Source: Phaeosaccion multiseriatum (taxonomy: Eukaryota; Protista; Ochrophyta, other classes). From it: a stretch of 64,000 bases of DNA. The stretch's first letter is position 1. The number at the start of each line of letters is the position of its first letter. Below, one piece after another: positions 37,789 to 50,869 of the stretch. The notes under the pieces were generated by a model, which did not search any database, was not told the origin of the DNA, and worked only from the letters and a program-made list of their open reading frames with translations. The DNA is taken from the NCBI GenBank assembly GCA_965112735.1, contig OZ218965.1, forward strand, positions 1,798,001 through 1,862,000. Reading direction: 5' to 3'. The translations under genes and the position numbers were made by a program.

Positions 37789-38747
37789 GCGCAGCACTGT
37801 CGACGGGGGCGGGGGGGAGGGGAGGGGAGAGAGGACGGTGAGAATCAGACGGATGCCGCATCCACAGCCGCCCATGCACCAAAGGAGCGAACTTGTGTTG
37901 TGTGCTTTGGAGTGAGAGGGGCGCTGTCCCCGATAAAGTTCCGCGGTTGGGAATCTCTTCTCTCGCCATACGCAGGCACTCGGAGCGTTGAGCATTTCTT
38001 TCTTCCTTCGACACAGGAGGGAGCGGAGCGGAGTGGAGGGCCGCGCCTGAAGAGGGCTCCCCGGGGATGGCACTGGACGACGAGAAGTGTTGTGTATCAT
38101 TCGACCGGGCTGCGCGGTCCTTCCGTTGTGGGGGCACCCTTGACGCCAGCGCATAAGAGAGAGAGAGATAAGAGAGAAGGCCAATCAACTGACTCAGTAT
38201 CACTAGATGGGCGTTTGGCGGACTAAAGCGGCGCCTTGCTCGGGCTGTCTATACCCCATGAGTCCCCCACACGGCGCTTGCGCGAAGCCGCCTCGCCACA
38301 CCCAAGTGTGGGATAGGAGGGGATTATTTTTGGAGGGCTGAGGGGGGGGGGGGGCGAAAGGGTTTGCTCTTGTTTCGTTCTCGGTCGGTAATACATGATG
38401 ATTCGAGGAGTGCGCTCTTGAGTAGCTGGTCCCGGCCAGCAGGGGCGGGTGCTCCCTCTGCCCCTTTGCGGGGTGAGCCTTTCTCTACACTGCTTGATGG
38501 CCTCGAGGAGGCGGTCGACACGCACCAGGTGGAGAAAGGTGGGCGTCGCCGCCCCAGCCTGTGACCTTCTTCTCCCTCCAAGAGCAAAAACTAGCCACAC
38601 TTGGGAATTTATCCAATTATGTCAACGAATCCCCCCCCCCTGGGGAGCTTCCTCTCCCCTCGGGGACCTTTGGCCCAGTGATCCACTACACAAACCATTT
38701 TACACAATCTGCAAGACCTCTCTTGTGAAGCCAAGACCAACATGACC

Positions 38748-40664
38748 ATGCACAAGAGCGTTGCCCTCCTCTCCTCCCTCTTCCTCACGGGGACCCTTGT
38801 CGGTGAGTAGCAGCGTGGCTTGTGGTGTGCGCAAGTGGCGGCATCGTTGAGAGCAGTTTGGCCGTTGGGCCATTTCATCTGCGGAGCTCCGCAGATGCTA
38901 AGCATGGCCCATAGAGTCTGCAGGGGGCTGAGAAGGGCAGAGTTGGGGTGGTTTAGCTTGCCTGTACAGGCTGTGCAGGCGCTCATGATAGCTTGGCTGC
39001 TGTGGCTGGTGATGCTAAAGTCTTGTTGTAGCCATTCTAGTAAACAATTATTCTGCCCTCATCCGCTGCGGCGCCGTGGCTCATCCGCAGCACTTCACTC
39101 ACTCCACGTGTATGATAGGAGATGAGGAATCACTGCCTTCGCTTACTTCCCCGCTCGCTCTTTCTCTCAACTTCTCTCCCGCTCGGTTTTTCTCTCCCGC
39201 GCCCTCTCTTCTCTCTCCCGCGTCCTCTCTCTCTCCCTGCCTCCACATCTTCGTTCTCTCTCCCTTTCTGTCTTCACACGATCTCTCATTCCCTCTCTTC
39301 TCTCTCATCTCTGTCTCCCTCTCTCCCTGTCTTTGCGCGCGCTTTTCTCTCTCCTTCTACCCCCCCCTCCCCTCCCGTTCCCCCACTTCTCCTCCCCCCC
39401 TCCCCTCTTTCTCTCCCTCTCCCTCTCCAATTCCCTTGCTCTTCATTGCCTCTCTTCCCAGGTATTTCAAGCGCTTGTGAGACGGATGCCGAGTGTGTGG
39501 AGCTGGTGAGCGCCACCAGGCCCATTGACATCCGCAAGACCATCATCTGCGACGCCACGTGTTCTCTCGGGGGCAAGCCCAGCCATTGCAATTTTGCTGG
39601 TGTTGACGTTGACTGCCGCGCCTGCTTCCTGAGTGAGGTAAGAGCGTCGAGGCTAGAAAGCGGGAGCCTCTGGGCTTGAAGCGGGAAAATTTCACCTCAC
39701 TCACACGCACACACACATACACGCACGCACCCATACACTCACGCGCGTTCTCTTTCCGTCGCTCTATCCCTCTCTTGCCCTCACCTCCAGGAGGACTTGC
39801 TGGATTACGCCAACGAGTTTTCCATCCCCGAGGCAGAGTACAGCGAGTACCCCATCTGCCCGACCTCGGCTCCAACTGCGATGCCCTCGGCTGCCCCGAC
39901 CTCGGCTCCAACTGCTATGCCCTCGGCTGCCCCGACGACAGCACCTACCCCAGCCCCGATCGCCCCCGACGTGACTCCTGCGCCGACCGCACCTCCGACT
40001 GTTCCGCCGACCGCACCTCCGACGGCCGCCCCGACTGCTGCTCCGACGGCAGCCCCAACAGCTGCTCCGACGGCAGCCCCAACAGCCGCCCCGACCGCAG
40101 CTCCGACAGCCGCCCCGACGGCAGCCCCAACAGCTGCTCCGACGGCAGCCCCTACGGCCGCCCCGACCTCGGCTCCAACTGCTATGCCCTCGGCAGCCCC
40201 GACGATTGCGCCCACACCAGCCCCGATTGCCCCCGACGTGACTCCGGCACCCCTCGCTCCGGACTCTTGCTGCGACGCGTGCCTCGACCTCAGCCCAGAG
40301 CAGGAGGCCTACCAGGAGATCAAGCAGAAGCAGTTGTACTGTGACGTGGAGGCGTGCTCACCGGAAGAGGGCGGGGCTGGAGACCACTGCAACATGTTCG
40401 GCCTGTGCCAGGACTGCAGAGGATGCATCTACAACTGCGAAGGTGCCGACATTTTCATGAAGGAGTTCCCCAGCGACGACCTCGTGTGGTGAGTCAACCA
40501 ATCGTGTGGCTGCCCTTGCTTTGCCTGCCTGCCCGCCTTCATCCACCGACCTCGTGCGAATACCTTGCTCAGATCGACCCTACCTTGTCCTGCCCTTCCT
40601 CACACGCACCCACAGGTGCCCCGATTCCCTGAGCCCCGAGGAGCAGGCCGCATGCTTCGCTTGA
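38748..40664 (+). CDS. Secreted mucin-like protein, paralog 2: Cys-rich domain, (PTAA)n linker, second Cys-rich domain (exons 38748-38802, 39462-39637, 39791-40488, 40616-40664)
   Basis: Signal peptide, then CDATCS...CNFAGVDVDCRACF, PTAA repeats, and CCDAC...CNMFGLCQDCRGCIYNC...WCPDS...CFA*. Confidence 0.85.
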
Positions 40665-41463
40665 GCAGCCCAGCCCCCATGGACATCCCTTCCGCCTGAC
40701 CCGCTAGCCGTTCGCCCCCTGTGACCTTCTACATCGAACGAGGACTTTCTCCTCTTCGAGAGGGTCGTATGGCGAGTCAAGCAGTCAAGCAGTCAAGCAA
40801 GTAGGAGGAAGGGCATAAAGATACAGAGCGGTGGACTTGCTCCGACCGCGTCATCTCAGCCCATTGAGGAGGGTGAGAATGACACACCTCCATGAATTAG
40901 AATTATCGTAGCTATATATCGATCGAAGTACTCAAGCTATGAGGCAGCTCCCCTGCAACGCTATCGATATATGATTTAGCAACTGAGCGAAGCAAACTCC
41001 CTCGCTCGCTGCCAGCCGTCTGTACCGCCGAACATATCGCCCATGGGTACTTCTCCCCTCGTGCCTGTTGGAGCCCTCTCACCGCCAGATGGCCCAGGGA
41101 AGACACTGGGCTGCAACTCCTCTCCCTTGCGCAGCTGCTGCGTTAAGCCACTTGTGCAGACGTTGACGGCGAGGGGAGAGAGCGGCGGGGGCGGAAGGGA
41201 ATGCACGCAGCTACGGAATCCACATTGCGCGCCCTTCTTTGTCCGCGATATTCCGTCAATCGGAAGCAGCAAGCAGCCCCACAGGTGAACCTTCTCCCTC
41301 TTGAAACCCATAGAAGCAAGCGAACAGGCGAGTCAGTCAGTTGGTCGGTCGCCCTCCCGCCCCCCTTGATGTTCCTTGCTCTCTCGCTCCGCTCCTTCTT
41401 TTGTTTCTTCTCCTTTGCTGCTGCTGCTACTGCTGTATGTTTGCTGCTGTGGTTTGCTGCTCT

Positions 41464-42875
41464 TCACCACTTTAATGAAGTAACCACGTGCGTGGGCCGT
41501 GCCTCTCTCTGTGGGAGATGCTTCTCGAGAAGCTGAGCAGACCAGACGCGCCAAGGCAGAGGAGGAGGAGGAGGAGGAGGAGGAGGAGGTAGTGAAGAAG
41601 GGAGGTCAACTATTGAGGCCGACGCGGTGCACCCTCAGCAAGAACGAAACAAAGAGCGCACCACCACACCCACACTCCGAGAGAGAGAGAGCAGAAAGAG
41701 AGAGAGGGCGAGAGGGACAGACACACACAGCGAGAGAGAGAGAGAGCAGAAAGAGATAGAGGGCGAGAGGGAGAGACACACACTCCGAGAGAGAGAGAGC
41801 AGAAAGAGATAGAGGGCGAGAGGGAGAGACACACACAGCGAGAGAGAGAGAGAGGGCGAGAGGGAGAGAAACACACTCCGAGAGAGAGAGAGCAGAAAGA
41901 GAGAGAGGGAGAGAGGGAGAGAGACACACACAGCGAGAGAGAGAGAGAGCAGAAAGAGATAGAGGGCGAGAGGGAGAGACACACACTCCGAGAGAGAGAG
42001 AGAGCAGAAAGAGAGAGAGGGAGAGAGGGAGAGACACACACTCCGAGAGAGAGAGAGAGCAGAAAGAGATAGAGGGCGAGAGGGAGAGACACACACTCCG
42101 AGAGAGAGAGAGCAGAAAGAGAGAGAGGGCGAGAGGGAGAGACACACACAGCGAGAGAGAGAGAGCAGAAAGAGAGAGAGGGCGAGAGGGAGAGACACAC
42201 ACTCCGAGAGAGAGAGAGAGCAGAAAGAGATAGAGGGCGAGAGGGAGAGACACACACGGCGAGAGAGAGAGAGAGCAGAAAGAGAGAGAGGACGAGAGGG
42301 AGACACACACACACAGCGAGAGAGAGAGCAGAAAGAGAGAGAGGGCGAGAGGGAGAGACACACACAGCGAGAGAGAGAGAGAGACGCGGGAAAGAGATAG
42401 AGAGACACCTGCGTGCTCCAGCCCCATATCCATCCCATGCCATGCCCTGGCGGGTACCCAACACCCAACACCCAATACTCAATACCCACTACCCTCTACC
42501 CAATACCCAATACCCACTACCCACTACCCAATACCCACTACCCACTACCCACTACCCACTACCCAATACCCAATACCCAATACCCCATACCCAATACCCA
42601 ATACCCAATACCCAATACCCAATACCCAATACCCAACACCCAATACCCAATACCCAATACCCAATACCCACTACCCAATACCCAATACCCAACACCCAAT
42701 ACCCAATAGTACACGAACTTGATTGAGTTTGTCATCGTCCGGCCTTGCATCTGCCCCTGGCGCTATGCCCAGCTCCTCGTAGTGCACTCCGCCTGTGGTG
42801 AAGATACTCTTCATTCCAGAGAGGTGCGCCCCCAGGATGTCGTGGCTGCCGGTGCGTGCGTGCGTGCGTGCGTGT

Positions 42876-42910
<35 letters not shown>

Positions 42911-45469
42911 GCGAGGGCGAGAGGGAGAGAACGCCGCAAGAGGGAGGGGAAACAGGCAAGGTCGGGTGTTTCGACGAGTAATGTAGATGCATACATGAAG
43001 TCGGGGTGCTGGACGGAAGGCGAATACGGGAGCAAAGGCGAGGGGGAGGTGCCTACGCTCACTCACTCACTCACTCACTCACTCACTCACTCACTCATTC
43101 ACTCACTCACTCACTCACTCACTCATTATCTCATATCTCATCTGGCCCTGCTCCGCCCCTCTGCCCCCTGCTTAGCTCTGCTGCACTCTCTCTACCCCAC
43201 CGACAAAACATACCTCAGGGAGTCACCGACGCCACAGATTTCCGCGCTGTCGTACTCCCCCTCCCCCTCCCCTCTGTGCGTCTTTAGCAGCGCCATGCAC
43301 TCTTGGTACACGGCTCCGTGAGGCTTGCCCACGTAGTGCACCACACCCCCGCTCTCCGCGTACACTCTGGAGGCAGGGAGGGAGGGATGGATGGGAGGGA
43401 GGGAGGGAGGTATGTTGGTGTGGTTGGGCATCAGAGGCTGAGAGAGACCCAATGAGGCGCGGAGCAAATCAGTCCACAAGGATAGAACGGCCCCCAGACA
43501 AACGAGCCCCCCCTGGGGATGGGGGACGGCAGAGTATAGTGTACAGCTAAGCACAGGCTAAGCATAGGCTAATCACAGTCGAACAACCACAGGCTTTCGA
43601 TTCGAGCCCCACCCCCCCCCCCAAACAAACGCACCTCCCAAGTACACCTGGCATGGCGTCATTTGTTCCCGGCCGGATGACATCGGGATTCGTCACCAGC
43701 ATGGGCAGGCTCCGCTCCAAGGCGGTCTTCAGGGCGGCCTGCACCGCAGGGTGGTCCACGGCGTTGGGTAGGGTGGGGGTGGACTGACTCGAGCCCGTCA
43801 GCGCAAAGACCTAAGGAGTCGCAGAAGCAGAGTAAGCAGAACCAGTGAGGGAGTGAGGGGGGGGTCGACTGAGCTCTTCCGTGGTCAAGGGGGCTTGTGT
43901 TGAGTCGATGAGTCGGTATGTATATCCAAGGTGTCTCTAGTGGCCAGGAGGCATTGAGCGAGTCTGTCTGCCAACAAGTGAGTGAGGTCGTCATTGGTTG
44001 GCATGATGTGCGGTCTGCATACACTTTTTTACACATACCCCTCTCGCCAGGAGAAAGTCCGCATGTTCTGCATCCGCCAGCTCACAGCCGGCGCTCTCGC
44101 AATACTCCTTGTCGTCATCGCCGTTCCCAATGCAGAGCACCTTCGCGGAAGGGATGGGCCCCATGCACATATAAGTAAGTCCACACGGGGTGGGGAGGGA
44201 GGAAGGGAGGCGGAGAGGCGATGGGAGGGGAGGGGAGGGGAGGACATCGCCCAAGGAAAGAGGAAGAGTGAGATGGCGGGATGCGGGACTCAAAGACAGG
44301 AGGCACACAGAAGGCATGAGTCATCGTATGGCGAGGCTCCATCACTCGCGCTGACCTTCGTTCCGAGGGAGGCGAAGGGCTCCGCGTCTCTATTGTGTAG
44401 CCCGTGCCATCCGAGGTCACCTGATTGGGAGTGAGGAGAACGTGGTGCGCAGCACGTAGGCCCAACACATCAAACACAGAGCACAGATCAGGAGTGTCGA
44501 CACCAAAGCAATGGACAGGTACGTACCTGCCTGCCTCTAAAGTGACTGAGGCACCTCCCTGCCCTCTGCACGTACTTACCGCTGGTCACTATGTCCACAA
44601 TGTGCTCGATGTTAAAGCCTGTACACCGCACACGGTACAAGGCGCAGCACGTACCGGAGAGACACAAGCATCGGGTGGTACCGTCAGTCACAGTCACCGG
44701 TCATTATAAACCATCGCTCTCGACGCCCGAGACCGTGACCCAGTGTGAACCATCGCTCTTGGGTCTTGCACACCCCATTACTACTGCCCACCAGCTCCTG
44801 TCTCCTGTCTCACAACCGCCCCCTCCCCCCAAACCAACCCTCACACTTTGCCTCCTCCAGTTCACCACTCACCCATTTTTGTCAAATTTGTGAAGGCCTT
44901 CTCCCTGCGGCAAGTGAAAGGGAGTACACAAGGTAAGACAAGCGAGGCAACAAAGTGAGTGTCTGCTCGGGAGGTGCGCAAGCCTCATGCTTCATGCTGG
45001 CTCAGCGCGTGTGATCCGCCCAAGCTCAAGTGAGTCACTTACTTCCTCTTGCTGGAGTTGCTCAGTAGCACGATCGGCTTCCCCAAGGCAGCGATCTTCT
45101 CGATGCACTCCACAGCTCCGGGGTACGCCTCAGAGCCATTGTGCATCACGCCTGGAGGGAGAGTGATGATCACTAAGAGAGGCTGTGCAGGGAGAATGGG
45201 AAAGATCATCTTACTCTCTTACCCCATTGGTCTATGAGGAAGCATGAATACAGATGGGCGACCTCTCCCATGCCGCTCGCGATGGCGACTCGAGCTGTAT
45301 CCTTGGAGCCCCCCATTGCACGGATCGTGATCGAGGGGCGCTTTGTTGTGCGGGATGCGAGAGGTCCAGGGGCAATGAAAGCCAAAGTTCTTGCACTCAC
45401 AAGGACAAAGAGGGTCAGAAGGGGACACCTGAAGCAGCAGTGGCGTCGGCAACCGAGTGCTACAGTCAT
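41464..45469 (-). CDS. HAD-superfamily subfamily IIA hydrolase (TIGR01459-like), multi-exon, probably plastid-targeted
   Basis: [56 protein letters not shown] and C-terminal [10 protein letters not shown]. The leader has a signal peptide followed by LA-FIAP and a transit-like segment. Confidence 0.9.
41670..42385. repeat. Intronic GA/CA composite minisatellite (~50-55 bp unit)
   Basis: Repeated gcagaaagagatagagggcgagagggagagacacacactccgagaga-like units in the last HAD intron. Confidence 0.85.
42456..42707. repeat. (CCCAATA/CCCACTA)n heptamer repeat, intronic
   Basis: About 35 units at the 5' end of the last HAD intron (TATTGGG on the sense strand). Confidence 0.9.
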
Positions 45470-45670
45470 ACCCGGGTTTTGCCAAGAGATCCTGAGCTTC
45501 CTGCTCCCCCGTGAAGAACCAACAGCTAACCCACGGGCGATGGCACCTGATGGATAATCATTTCTGTCTTCGATTTCTTCTCTTTCTCCCTTTCTCCCTT
45601 TTAGCAACTACACAGCTGGGCTCCGAATCATTCTTTCTATCTTCTTCATCACGCTCTTGCGATCCTGCTC

Positions 45671-46550
45671 ATGCTGCTGCCGCTGGGTCTTGGGGTGCTG
45701 GCGTATTGGGCAAGGAGGGACATATGCAAGACCAAGGGCAGGCTGTTCGTGCTTCTTCTCGTTTGGAATGCCTTCGTCTTCTCCGTTTTCTGCCTCCCTC
45801 TCTTCCTGCCCCTGCTGCTGTTACCACCTTCCCTCCTCCCGCGGCCCCTGTGGAAAGCTTCCAGACGGTTGTACCGGTGGGGGACAGACCTTTTCCAAGG
45901 GCAGTGGACTGCCTTTGTCGTCGCCATGACAGAAGGCGTCATGGGCGTGAAAGTCTCTGTACACGTGATGGACACGGCCCTCGGACCTACCACCAACAGC
46001 TGCCTACTGCCCTTTAACGAAAGCATGATCCTGATAAGCAACCACCATTGCCGGACGGATTGGCTCTTTCTCTGGTGCCTGCTTCTCCGCAGTGGCGGCG
46101 TGCAGCAGCTGGCGACCCTCCGCGTGGTGCTTAAAGCTGCCCTAAAGGCGATGCCTTTCCTGGGCTGGGCAATGCAGTCCTTTCTCTACATCTTCCTGGC
46201 CCGAGATCAGGGCGGAGGCGACATCCCGTGGATGAGGGAGGTGCTGTCCTATATTACGAGGTTCGGCCTCAAGTCGAGTGTGCTCCTGTTTCCGGAGGGG
46301 ACGGACCTGTCTCCCTCCAATGTGCTCAAGAGCCACAAGTATGCCGAGGAGAAGAGTCTGTCGCCGCTGCACCACGTACTGCATCCCAAGGTCAAGGGCT
46401 TCGCGGAGGTGGTGGAGGGCATGGCGGGCGGCGTCGACGCAGTCTACGACGTCACTCTCGCTTATGAGTACCATGAGGATGAGGAGGAGGAGGACGGACG
46501 GAGGGAGGGAGGGGGTGATAAAAAGGGCAAGAAGCAGAAGCAGAAGCTGA

Positions 46551-46581
<31 letters not shown>

Positions 46582-47149
46582 GAGTAAGGAGAAGAAGAAG
46601 GACCTACGCATCTCCGAGACGGACCTCTTGGCTGGTCGCTTTCCTCGGCACGTTCACTTTCTTGTGAAGCGGTTCAGCAGCTCCAGACTGGTGTCTTCCT
46701 CGCGCGAGGAGCTGGAGGGGTGGTGTCAGGCCATGTTTTACGAGAAGGAGGCCGAACTCGCCTATTTCAAGGCTCACGGCTGCTGGAAAGGGGCTTGTGG
46801 CAGTGCTGGTGATGGGGGAGAATCCAAGACCGGCGGGAGGGGTGATGGTTGTGGTGGTGGTGGAGGAGGAGGAGGCAGAGGCAGCAAGGTCTGCAAAGAG
46901 TACGAGAGCCCGGTCAGCGTAAAGCTGGCCTGCTGCGGGGCCGTAGCCTTCTACACCTACGTGTCGCTCGTTACAGTGCTCGGGGTCGTGGCGTTTCCCT
47001 GGTGCCGCTGGTACGCCTTGGCCTCGCTTTGTGTGCTTGTTCTTGTAACCGCAGCAGGGGGCCTGGACCGACTCGAGGTGTTCATGTCTCCCTCCGCAAC
47101 AGAAGAGGAAGCCATGGAAGCAGCGGCGAAGGACAAGAAGAGGCGGTAG
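45671..47149 (+). CDS. Lysophospholipid acyltransferase (AGPAT/LCLAT1/LPAT4-5-like, PlsC family), intronless
   Basis: NHHCRTD catalytic motif, VLKAALK..PFLGW, FLAR, FPEGTD, VLHPKVKGF and YDVTLAY; TM segments at both ends. Confidence 0.93.
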
Positions 47150-47840
47150 AGGAGCGGCTGCTGCTGCAGTGCTGCTGCAGAGGGCGTGGCGTCCTTGACA
47201 TCTTGATGAATCAAAGGTGCAGCAGCAGAGCCCTTTCGTGGCTCTCAGTGTCCTCCCTACCCCGTTTGTATGTATGTAGTTCATGGCTCAGAGAAAAAAA
47301 AAGGAAAGCCATTTTGCAAGTCATGTCAATCTCTTACTCCTTTTCCAAAGTTGATTACTGTACGTACCCTTGCCTCAAGCAACACCCTTAAGACTCAATG
47401 CCCCCCCCTCCTTATGAAGCTAAATTCATCTTCCAACTACGGAGTGCACGAGAGGAGCGGCTTGTTTCTTGGGTGATTCCCTATAAGTCAATAAATCCCT
47501 CCAGGCCAGTCCCCCCTCCCTAACTAACATAACATAAGCTACACCCCCCTTTCCCATCGCTAGCACTACTAAGCTCCCCAAGCAAACTAAAGAAACATCC
47601 CACAAGAAGGGCCACCAAGCAAGGCCCGGAGCCCCTCTTCTACACAGCTCCACCAGCAAACAAAACCCTAGCTGCTGTCTTCCGAATCGAAGAAACCCCT
47701 CTCAAGCCTTCCTTCCCTCTCAGCTCCTATGCGCATGCCACCTCCCCTCCACAACGCCCCTCACAAGGCGCGTCGATCTCTCTCGTGCTCCAGGCCCAGC
47801 ACCAAAGCCCGTCCGCTACCATCCACTCTAGCTAGGCCTC

Positions 47841-49199
47841 CTACTCCTCCTCCCAGGCGCTGTCGAGGCGGGCCACAAAGTCCGTCCCCCAGGGCCCGTC
47901 CACGACGTAGTCCTCGTCCTTGGAGGAGGACAGGATGAGGTTCCTGTCCCTGTCGAGGGAATGCCCAGAGCTGTCGCGTTTCAGGATCTGAGTCTCTCCC
48001 ATGACCCCGCTCCAGCGCTCCACGCCGATGTCATTGGGCTTGTGGATGAAGCCAACGTCAAGTACATGGGCGTACCAGCGCTCAATCTCCTGGCGGTAGT
48101 CCACCTGGAAGGAGTACGTGTCGGTGAAGATGTAAACGCTCGCCCACGACCCGGGCTCCGTGAAGAGATTCCTCTTGACGCGCTTGTCTGCGATCCACTC
48201 TTCACAAAGGGTCCTATCCTCGGCCCTGTGCAGGCGAGACTCCACAGCCAGCAGCGCCGCAAGGTCGTCATCCATTGCCATCTCCGAGAGACGGCGATCG
48301 AGAGTGGAGGCTTTGAGCCTCTCCTCCTCGTTGAGCTCTTCCATCATGTGGATGTCGCGCTTGACCTGACAGGGGCCGTACGCGTTAAAGGCCATGACCG
48401 TGCCGCCGTTGGCCATGCGGTAGAGCCCCGGCTTGACAATGTGCTTGTCCTCGATGGTGACTCCCAGAGAGCCGTAGCCCAGGATTTGCTCGGCACGGGG
48501 TGTGAGCTCCTCCCCCTGGATGTAGTCTGGGTTGAACTTCTCCACGTCTATGACCTCCACCAGCACTCTCGACGACGCAGCCATGCCCGCCCCTCCTAGG
48601 AGAGCGGTCTTGTCATCCCCGTCCAGAGGGGGGGGGAAGGTAAAGGCCAAGGCGGTGGCGTATGTCTGTGTGCGTGCGTGCGGTTGTGTGTTTGCAAAGG
48701 AAAGGTGATGAGGGGTTCATGAGTCAAAGGGGGGCAAGCCAAGGAGTCTGGCTAATGGAAGAGAGAGAAAAGACCGACAAGTCAAGCGCGAGACCGTCAC
48801 CGAGCGAAAAGAGGAGCGAGTGAGGCAGTATGGTGACCGGCCAGTACTTGACCAGGGTGGCACTGGTATAGGGTGCCATCCACATCACCAGGCAAGGCAA
48901 GAGGGTACACGCAGGACTTATACGAAGCACCATGCAAGGAGCCCTCTCCACCGTATCAGTGACTGTCTCGGGAGCTCAGGTGCTCAGATTCGACGACGAG
49001 TCCCCCCAATAACGCCGCATCTCTTCACTCACCGGCTGAGCGCCGTTCTCGCAGGAGGGGAAGACGGACAGCCTCCAGTTCAACTGCAAGTGCCTCTCCG
49101 CCAAGGCAGCGTACCAAGCGTTGTGGGCTCCCTTGAAGAGGAAGATTTGCTGCTTGAAGCCGAAAACCATCGGGTCTCCTTCCATCTGGCCATCCTCGT
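47841..49199 (-). CDS. VWD/root-cap-like extracellular protein (exons 49199-49033 and 48665-47841; 5' exon(s) unresolved, possibly to ~49560 or beyond)
   Basis: GDPMVFGFKQQIFLFKG...WY...NWRL splices in phase to TYATALAF. The C-terminus GVMGET...DYVVDGPWGTDF resembles algal VWD-related proteins (from recall, not searched). Confidence 0.6.
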
Positions 49200-49697
49200 C
49201 TGAAAGCAAGCACCACCACATCCAAATATGTAAGGAATGAGTGAGAGAGAAAGTAAGATGTAAGGAAGACTCAATAGGCAAGAGCAGGGGCGGCTCTCCA
49301 CAACGGGGCCGAGGGCAGGGGAGCCAGCAAGTAATAGCTAAGAGATTTGTTAAAAGGGTCCGAGGTGCTCGCAGTGCGATGAAAAGTAGCAGATATCAAG
49401 CGGGACAGCAGACAAGGAGGGGGCGAGCACAAGGACGGGCCCATGGAAGCGAGAATCTTCCATGGGTTGCACCAAGACCCCCTTGCGCTATTCAGCACTT
49501 TCTCTGCAGGAACATGAACGGATCGTCCTCACCGCATACGGTAACGTTCGGAGGGCTTCGCTCGTGCCGAAGAGTCGCACGAGTTGAGCAGACAGGGGGG
49601 AGGGGGGTTGCGGAGCGAAACAAACCAGACAGAGAGAATAAACGTGAGCTTCCTTGCTTGAAGGGGCGAGTGAAGGAGTACGGTACAGCGCGCAATG

Positions 49698-49749
<52 letters not shown>

Positions 49750-50869
49750 TTGTATGGGCGAGACCAGCAAGGGAGGAAATGACCATCAAGGGATGACCGT
49801 GCCGAGCACGCGCACACTGTATCGAGCTTTGCTTCGGCTTGATGACTTACCACCCGACTCCAGTGCAGCACGCTGTTCCTGTCGTTGTCTCAACCTGAGA
49901 ATACGCAATTCGACAAAAGTAGCTACAACAGTGAGGACAGGAGCTCGATGCAGGCATCACCTTCCCGCAACAAATTGCACAGTCCCCTAAGTCAAATGAC
50001 ACCCGTTACTGGACTCTTTACACCCTCACCCCCTCCTCGCGCACGCACCGTAAGGGGAGACGTAAGAAAGGAAATAACCCCGGTGGCGTCGCAGGAGTCG
50101 GCCACATCACACGTGGCCCGGGAGTTCCCGTACAGCTCAACACTCTGCAGAGGTGACGGATGGGTGCAGCGAGGCCAGAAAAGGCAAGAGGAGGGAGGGT
50201 CGCGGGGGTGGGAAATACACCAGTTAGACTCCTCATTCTAGTGTCCCTCCGGTCGTGCCTTCGATCGCCTCCCGCATGCCCACTTTCATTCCATGTCAGC
50301 CAGCCACATCTTGGCAAGCAAATGCAGCTCATCTCAGCCAGCATCCGTAGCAGGTGCTTTGCGCGTGAGGATCAAAATATGCACAAAGGTTGCGGTAAGC
50401 TGCGCTGAGCGGCGAGCGAGCTTCACAGGTTGACTTGCTTAGCCCCCCCCCCCCCCCCTTGTTTCATTGAAAAGCAACGACTTACTCCGCAAGCACCAGA
50501 AACGCTGCACGTCAGCTCCGCCATGCAGCCCATATCTTCTTCCTGTGGTACCGCTGGGGATCCCTGTGAGAGGCAAACATACGCGCCCTGGTGGTGGCAA
50601 CGAAGTCGAGACAAAGCCGCCGTGCATTGTATGAACACAGATAAGGAGAGGCAAAGCACGCAGGCAGGCAATCATGAGCGGGGGGGAGGATGCATGAGGC
50701 AGACTCCGTCACTCCGAGGCCGGATCAGCCAGCAGGCGTGCAAAAAGTCCAAGCATAGATGCGTTGGCTTGCGCAGACAAGAGCCACAACAAGTCTGTTC
50801 ATGGGAACAAGGGGCAGCACGCGTGTTGAGATGCGGTGCAGCTCGGCCGGTTGTGGGCTTGCCATGAGG

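Noticed and set aside
37067-38203. 378-aa minus-strand ORF
   Set aside because: It is antisense to the transporter's last exons, crosses a (GA)n repeat and has no recognisable domain.
41606-42489. Long Leu/Ser-rich ORFs
   Set aside because: They are translations of a GA/CT minisatellite in the last HAD intron.
42456-42707. (CCCAATA)n as a telomere
   Set aside because: It is intronic, degenerate, flanked by genes, and not the TTAGGG or TTTAGGG motif.
48724-48975. Frameshifted or pseudogenised exon in the VWD-like gene
   Set aside because: It is better explained as intron 49032-48666, which joins ENGAQP to TYATALAF in phase.
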